Assembly: GCA_965223265.1 (NCBI GenBank)
Contig: OZ244999.1
Span: 224,001 to 288,000 of the forward strand
Direction: 5' to 3'
DNA from: Planctomycetota bacterium
GTDB taxonomy: Bacteria > Planctomycetota > UBA8108 > SXIK01
DNA: 64,000 bases
In this document: piece after piece, positions 60,801 through 64,000 of the stretch
Layout of the letters: each line of letters begins with the position of its first letter
Numbering within the stretch: position 1 is the stretch's first letter
Notes under the pieces: generated by a model
Seen by the model: only the letters and a program-made list of their open reading frames with translations
What the model was told of the DNA's origin: nothing
Database searches by the model: none
Translations under genes and position numbers: made by a program

Positions 60801-60939
60801 CGTACACACCATCGCGATCGGTGAGTGCCATGCTTTCAATGCCTAAACGATCGCAGGCGTCGACGAGCTCTTCAGGATGCGAAGCGCCTTCGAGAAAGGA
60901 AAAGTTGCTCTTGCACCACAGCGCTGGATAAGAGGACAT
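57844..60939 (-). CDS. dnaE2: Error-prone DNA polymerase DnaE2 (ImuC)
   Basis: 'SNFSFLEGASHP', 'GRGSAANS', 'PPDIDLD', 'FKVDLLGLG', 'YGFPESHA', C-terminal 'SHDFH' (SRDFH-like). Confidence 0.95.
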   Translation of the reverse strand: MSSYPALWCKSNFSFLEGASHPEELVDACDRLGIESMALTDRDGVYGVVEAHAKAEERGVHLIIGSEITLTDASTLILLACDRGGYANLCQLITRGRRRSPKGQSAVSWHEVCAHAAGLLALWGGDRSLLIQPSAPDAIAADLRAVFGDRLYALAARHRRAEEVQEEARLRKRAVAYGLPIVAGFETLYHHRSRRSLQDILTCIRHGLKLSSAGRLLKPNAEHALKSPRAFEQLFADDPAAVMHAQEVAERCTFSLSEVRYRYPSEHLPDGTTSSSWLRRLTFAGAAERFSGTVPTAMVTQLEKELALIDELDYCGYFLTMREIVRFCRQQKILCQGRGSAANSAVCYCLGITAVDPIQMGLLFERFLSRERAEPPDIDLDIEHERREEVIQHVYAKYGRTHAAMVANIVRYRTRSAVRDVGKTLRIAETALDRLAKLLSPYDSINPHCLKSAGLDPELRTHRLLLALVEELIDFPRHLSIHPGGFLLGHEPVSTLVPIENASMPQRTVIQWDKDSLETLGLFKVDLLGLGALTQLHKGFDLLREHYRQEWGMATVPPDDRETYDMICRADTVGVFQIESRAQMAMLPRLKPHTYYDIVIEVSIVRPGPITGGMVHPYLRRRSGEEDVIYPHPSLEPVLKKTLGVPLFQEQVIRLAMVAADYTPGEADQLRRDMAAWRKTGRIERHRARLIGRMAEKGISIEFAERVFEQIRGFGEYGFPESHAASFALIAYAGAWMKCHFPDVFTCSLLNALPMGFYSAATIIDDAKRHDVEVRPIDALTSDWDCTLERARGGRYDFAVRLGARFIKGLRHTDWSRIELERREHSFSSIDELASRARISSSSLSLLAEAGSLASLEKNRRQALWKTRGETHTRRAELELAYSEPPAQFSQLNSFEDVAWDYGAMGLSPRSHPLALLRAELSAHKLPDAQRLNAMADGCRVRYVGLVICRQRPGTAAGVVFMTLEDESGFVNLVVWSKIFDRNAVLLKTTHVLGVSGTLQKQDGVAHIIAAKFWQPQFSDQPAKVESHDFH

Positions 60940-62448
60940 CTATTCCACGCTCCCCTGAAGAATCCAGCGACGCCTAAGGCGATCGAAGTAAACCCAGAGC
61001 AGCTCGCCGCGCTGCGTCTCTGCGAAGTGGTATTCCCGCTGCACGGATCGGTGCCACCAGCCGCCCGAGATGAAGTAGGGGCCGAGCACGCGCATCACCG
61101 GACCCTGTTCCAAACCGCGGAGCATCCAGCCATCGGGCTCGTGCCGCGGCCGCGCCGGGAGCTGCAGCGATGGAACGTGGATGCGACGCACTAGGGTGGA
61201 AGTTTTGCTTCTCGCTTCTCGGGGGCGAGGGGGTTTCACTCGATCAAGCTCCTCCCACGTGAAGCTTGCTTCGGGCAAATGCCCATCCCTCAGCTTTGCA
61301 TACACGACGATGCCTTCGCCGAATTCAGCGCGGAGACGTGCGAGCGAGCGGTTGGCGGCGGCGAGATCGCGCGAGGCTTTGAGCGCGAACAGCTCGAGTT
61401 GTTCGCTGGTTTTCGGTTTGCCGCAGACTGTCAGCTTCACGTCGGTGACACCACGTTCAAGGCGCAGCGACTCCAGGCGCAGGCGGACGAGCTCCATGAG
61501 CTGATCGCCGTTTGTCGTTGGGGCTGCTGGCTGGAGACGTTCGTGGTGCGCTCTCTGTGGCTCTCGTTTCTCGTGCTGCAGCTTGAAATCGAGATGGATT
61601 TCGGTGAGAGCTTCTCCACGCCGCGCCAAAACTTCGAGGAGCGATTGGAGCAAGCAGTGGATGCATTCCTGCAGGCGGCGCCGGTCGGTAGCCGCTTCGT
61701 CGAAAAAAAAATCTCTCTGCAGCGGTTCGCTGAGCGCCACCGGCTCGAAGGGAAGAGTGAGCTCCTCTCTCGCCTGCCGATGGAGAAGTCGTGTTTCCTC
61801 GTCGAAGCGCTGCGCGATACCCGCTTCCGGTAAGCGGACGAAGTCGCCAAGCGTGTGGACTCCAAGCTTGGCTAAGATGTCGCGTGTCTTTGCCAAAAGG
61901 CTCAAGCGTTCGAGCGGTACGTTTTGAAGGCTGGCTCGCTCTTCTTCTGGAGTTGCGAAGATCACTAAATCGCGACTCGCTTTGGCAATGGCGAGCGTGC
62001 TGAACTTGTTCCAGCCGACGACGATGGTGGCATGGAGCTGTTTTTGATCAGTGAGCTCTTGCCGAATGGAATGCGCCCAGGCCGAGAGCGAGTGAAAGAG
62101 AGTCTCGATTCCTGTTGCGTTGAGCCAAAAAGTCCCGGGTTCATTCTGCAGGGGTTCCACGTCGGGAGTGAACTGCTGCAGGCAGAGAGTGACTTCCTCC
62201 ACTGCACGCTCGATCTCGGTGGCAGGAACGACACCGGCACGCAAGGCTCCGGAGAGAGAGAGAGCCGCAGCATAGCGCAGACCCGGCAGGATGCGCCGGT
62301 CGCGAGCCGCTTCGTTGACCCAAAGGAGGCTTCCGTGAGGCTTGTCATGGTCAACGACGGCGGCTGGAAACCCTTGCCAATCCGGATGCCGGCGCAGAAG
62401 AATCTGGAGAGGAAATGAGGGCAGATCAATACAGGCCAGCCGGTGCAT
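60940..62448 (-). CDS. imuB: Y-family polymerase-like accessory protein ImuB
   Basis: IMS-like N-terminus lacking the catalytic motifs; C-terminal 'GPYFISGGWW...REYHF...LWVYFD...W.LQG'. Confidence 0.9.
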   Translation of the reverse strand: MHRLACIDLPSFPLQILLRRHPDWQGFPAAVVDHDKPHGSLLWVNEAARDRRILPGLRYAAALSLSGALRAGVVPATEIERAVEEVTLCLQQFTPDVEPLQNEPGTFWLNATGIETLFHSLSAWAHSIRQELTDQKQLHATIVVGWNKFSTLAIAKASRDLVIFATPEEERASLQNVPLERLSLLAKTRDILAKLGVHTLGDFVRLPEAGIAQRFDEETRLLHRQAREELTLPFEPVALSEPLQRDFFFDEAATDRRRLQECIHCLLQSLLEVLARRGEALTEIHLDFKLQHEKREPQRAHHERLQPAAPTTNGDQLMELVRLRLESLRLERGVTDVKLTVCGKPKTSEQLELFALKASRDLAAANRSLARLRAEFGEGIVVYAKLRDGHLPEASFTWEELDRVKPPRPREARSKTSTLVRRIHVPSLQLPARPRHEPDGWMLRGLEQGPVMRVLGPYFISGGWWHRSVQREYHFAETQRGELLWVYFDRLRRRWILQGSVE

Positions 62449-63124
62449 GGCACGCCTCTTCGTAGCGCCAGTCGCGACTGCTGTACTTGTCTTTTAGTGG
62501 GCGCACTTCATAGCGAAAGAGATTGCCGGCTTTCTGGATGCGCCTGGCTTCAAGGCGCCTGGCTTCAATACGCAGTGAGACGAGTGAACCGAGAGAAGGC
62601 TGGTCACTAGGTTTCTGCGTCAGGAAGAGGAGGGCGGTTTGATGCTTTTTTGCCAAGCCGGCGAGTCGGGCTTGAACGGCCAGGCGCAAGCTGAAGTGGC
62701 GTCTGACATCCAAGATCACGAGTCCGAAGCCGCCGGAGCGGACGAGGAGCTCGGCGACCCGCGGCGCTTTTTGGATGGCTGGTAGGCGGATGACGGCGAG
62801 CGCCTCGAGGTCGAGTCCGTGAGTTGCGGCATCCGGTGGGAAGAAACTGCTGCTGCGGGACGTCACCCATGCCGTGATTTCACCATGGCGTTGAGCCTGG
62901 CCGATGAGATGAAAGGAGTAAGTCAGCGAGGCGGTGGAGGCGCTGCCGGAGAGCTCAACGAGCCGCCCTTGAAGACGGTCGGAATCCCAGCCGGCTGTAA
63001 CTTCTGATGTAACGTCTGATGTAACGTCTGATGGAGCTTTTGCTGCCACTTTTGCTGCCATTTCTGCTGCGACTTCGGGGGTGGCATCGGCGCGGAGCTG
63101 GGTGCGATTGGCGGCGAAGGTCAC
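62426..63124 (-). CDS. imuA: RecA-like ImuA protein
   Basis: 'GRLVELSG' with degenerate Walker A, 'FFPPDAATHGLDL', 'LVRSGGFGLVILD', 'SLGSLVSLR'. First gene of the imuAB-dnaE2 cassette. Confidence 0.85.
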   Translation of the reverse strand: MTFAANRTQLRADATPEVAAEMAAKVAAKAPSDVTSDVTSEVTAGWDSDRLQGRLVELSGSASTASLTYSFHLIGQAQRHGEITAWVTSRSSSFFPPDAATHGLDLEALAVIRLPAIQKAPRVAELLVRSGGFGLVILDVRRHFSLRLAVQARLAGLAKKHQTALLFLTQKPSDQPSLGSLVSLRIEARRLEARRIQKAGNLFRYEVRPLKDKYSSRDWRYEEACHAPAGLY

Positions 63125-63240
63125 GAGGTATTCTCGGCTGCAAGGCTTTATAGATAAATGAGTTGAGACGATCTCCCAGGCGGAGATTGAGACTGGGAGG
63201 TCGCAGCCAACGGCTGAGATACAAGGGCACTATCCAGGGG

Positions 63241-63254
63241 CGAACATCTGTTCG
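63241..63254. promoter_or_regulatory. Putative LexA (SOS) box, GAAC-N4-GTTC type
   Basis: CGAAC-ATCT-GTTCG, about 117 bp upstream of imuA. Confidence 0.65.
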
Positions 63255-63372
63255 CTTTTCTGGGCTGTGAAAAGTACCGCAGGTGTGGATCATGAGCAAG
63301 AAGAAAAAGATCGTCATGCGCGAGTCGAGACAGATTTGATCGAGCGCAGCCGTGAGACGGAGTGAAACGCCA

Positions 63373-63738
63373 ATGAGTTCTTCACGATCCCGAGCAGCCA
63401 TCATTCGACATGAGGCCGACGCGCCGTGTGAGCCGAGCACGTGTGGCTACCGCTACAAACTTTTGAGCGTTCAGGATCGCGACGCCGACATTGCGGCGTG
63501 GGCGCATGCGGTCGACATCGATGGCGCCAAGGAGCACTACCACAAGATCGGAACCGAGCTTTACTACGTTCTTGAGGGTGAAGGTGCGGTGAAGCTCGAC
63601 GGCGTCGAGCACCCAGTGCGTAAAGGCTCGATCGTTCACATCCCGCCGGGGGTGGTGCATGGCGCCAAGGGACAGATGCGTGTTCTCGTCGTCGGCATTC
63701 CGAACATCAGTGACGACGATCTTTATTTTCCTGAGTGA
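63373..63738 (+). CDS. Cupin domain protein
   Basis: 'HYHKIGTELYYVLEGEG', 'IPPGVVHG'. Confidence 0.88.
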   Translation: MSSSRSRAAIIRHEADAPCEPSTCGYRYKLLSVQDRDADIAAWAHAVDIDGAKEHYHKIGTELYYVLEGEGAVKLDGVEHPVRKGSIVHIPPGVVHGAKGQMRVLVVGIPNISDDDLYFPE

Positions 63739-63765
63739 CTACGATGACATCCGATTCGTTTCCGG

Positions 63766-63945
63766 ACGGCACATAGGAGTGTGTCTGCCACTTTAAGAAA
63801 CGCAAACGGCAGGCAGAAGAAAAGTCAAAGAACCTTCGAATCCCGGCAAGCTTTCCCTCATTGGGGGCCCCATAGTAGCAGGCACTCTCCGAGTGCCGTC
63901 CGGTCTTCTCTCCGGCCACGGCACACAGGAGTGTGCCTGCTACTT
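63766..63945. repeat. GTAG-family REP cluster (three copies)
   Basis: Copies at 63766-63791 (inverted), 63875-63899 (GTAGCAGGCACTCTCCGAGTGCCGT) and 63918-63943 (inverted). Both inverted copies are followed by TTTAAGAAACGC. Confidence 0.8.
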
Positions 63946-64000
63946 TAAGAAACGCCACACAAACGAAAACGAAACCAGGAGAACCCCGTGCACACCGACG

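Noticed and set aside
63707-63958. 83-aa minus-strand ORF at the window end
   Set aside because: It is composed largely of REP repeats and has no protein-like features.

Overview
GC-rich bacterial chromosomal window, most likely Planctomycetota or a related PVC lineage. The main clues are three DUF1501 genes, two PSD1/planctomycete cytochrome c genes and Tat-exported Gfo/Idh/MocA proteins. It holds about 41 plausible CDS and no rRNA, canonical tRNA, CRISPR array, transposase or integrase. Modules: MarR + QueG/reductive-dehalogenase-like Fe-S protein fused to SCP2; a sigma-54 activator facing a VIT-vWA protein with a GlyGly-CTERM tail and its rhombosortase; an RND efflux operon with an SBP-like/TolC fusion, followed by tfoX-like and tag; PSD1-DUF1501 clusters; a slipin (SPFH) gene; BlaI/M56/PDZ with two operators; H-NOX + HNOBA hybrid kinase; and imuA-imuB-dnaE2 with a GAAC-N4-GTTC SOS-type box. 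The best candidate for something unusual is a highly structured ~230-nt leader (minus strand, ~34720-34948) directly upstream of the slipin gene, which contains a textbook tRNA anticodon arm (CUC). Other non-coding structure includes a 159-bp fold-back MITE with TTAG duplications and three clusters of GTAG-type REP/REPIN palindromes. All family calls come from motif recognition by eye, not database searches, and some start codons are best guesses.
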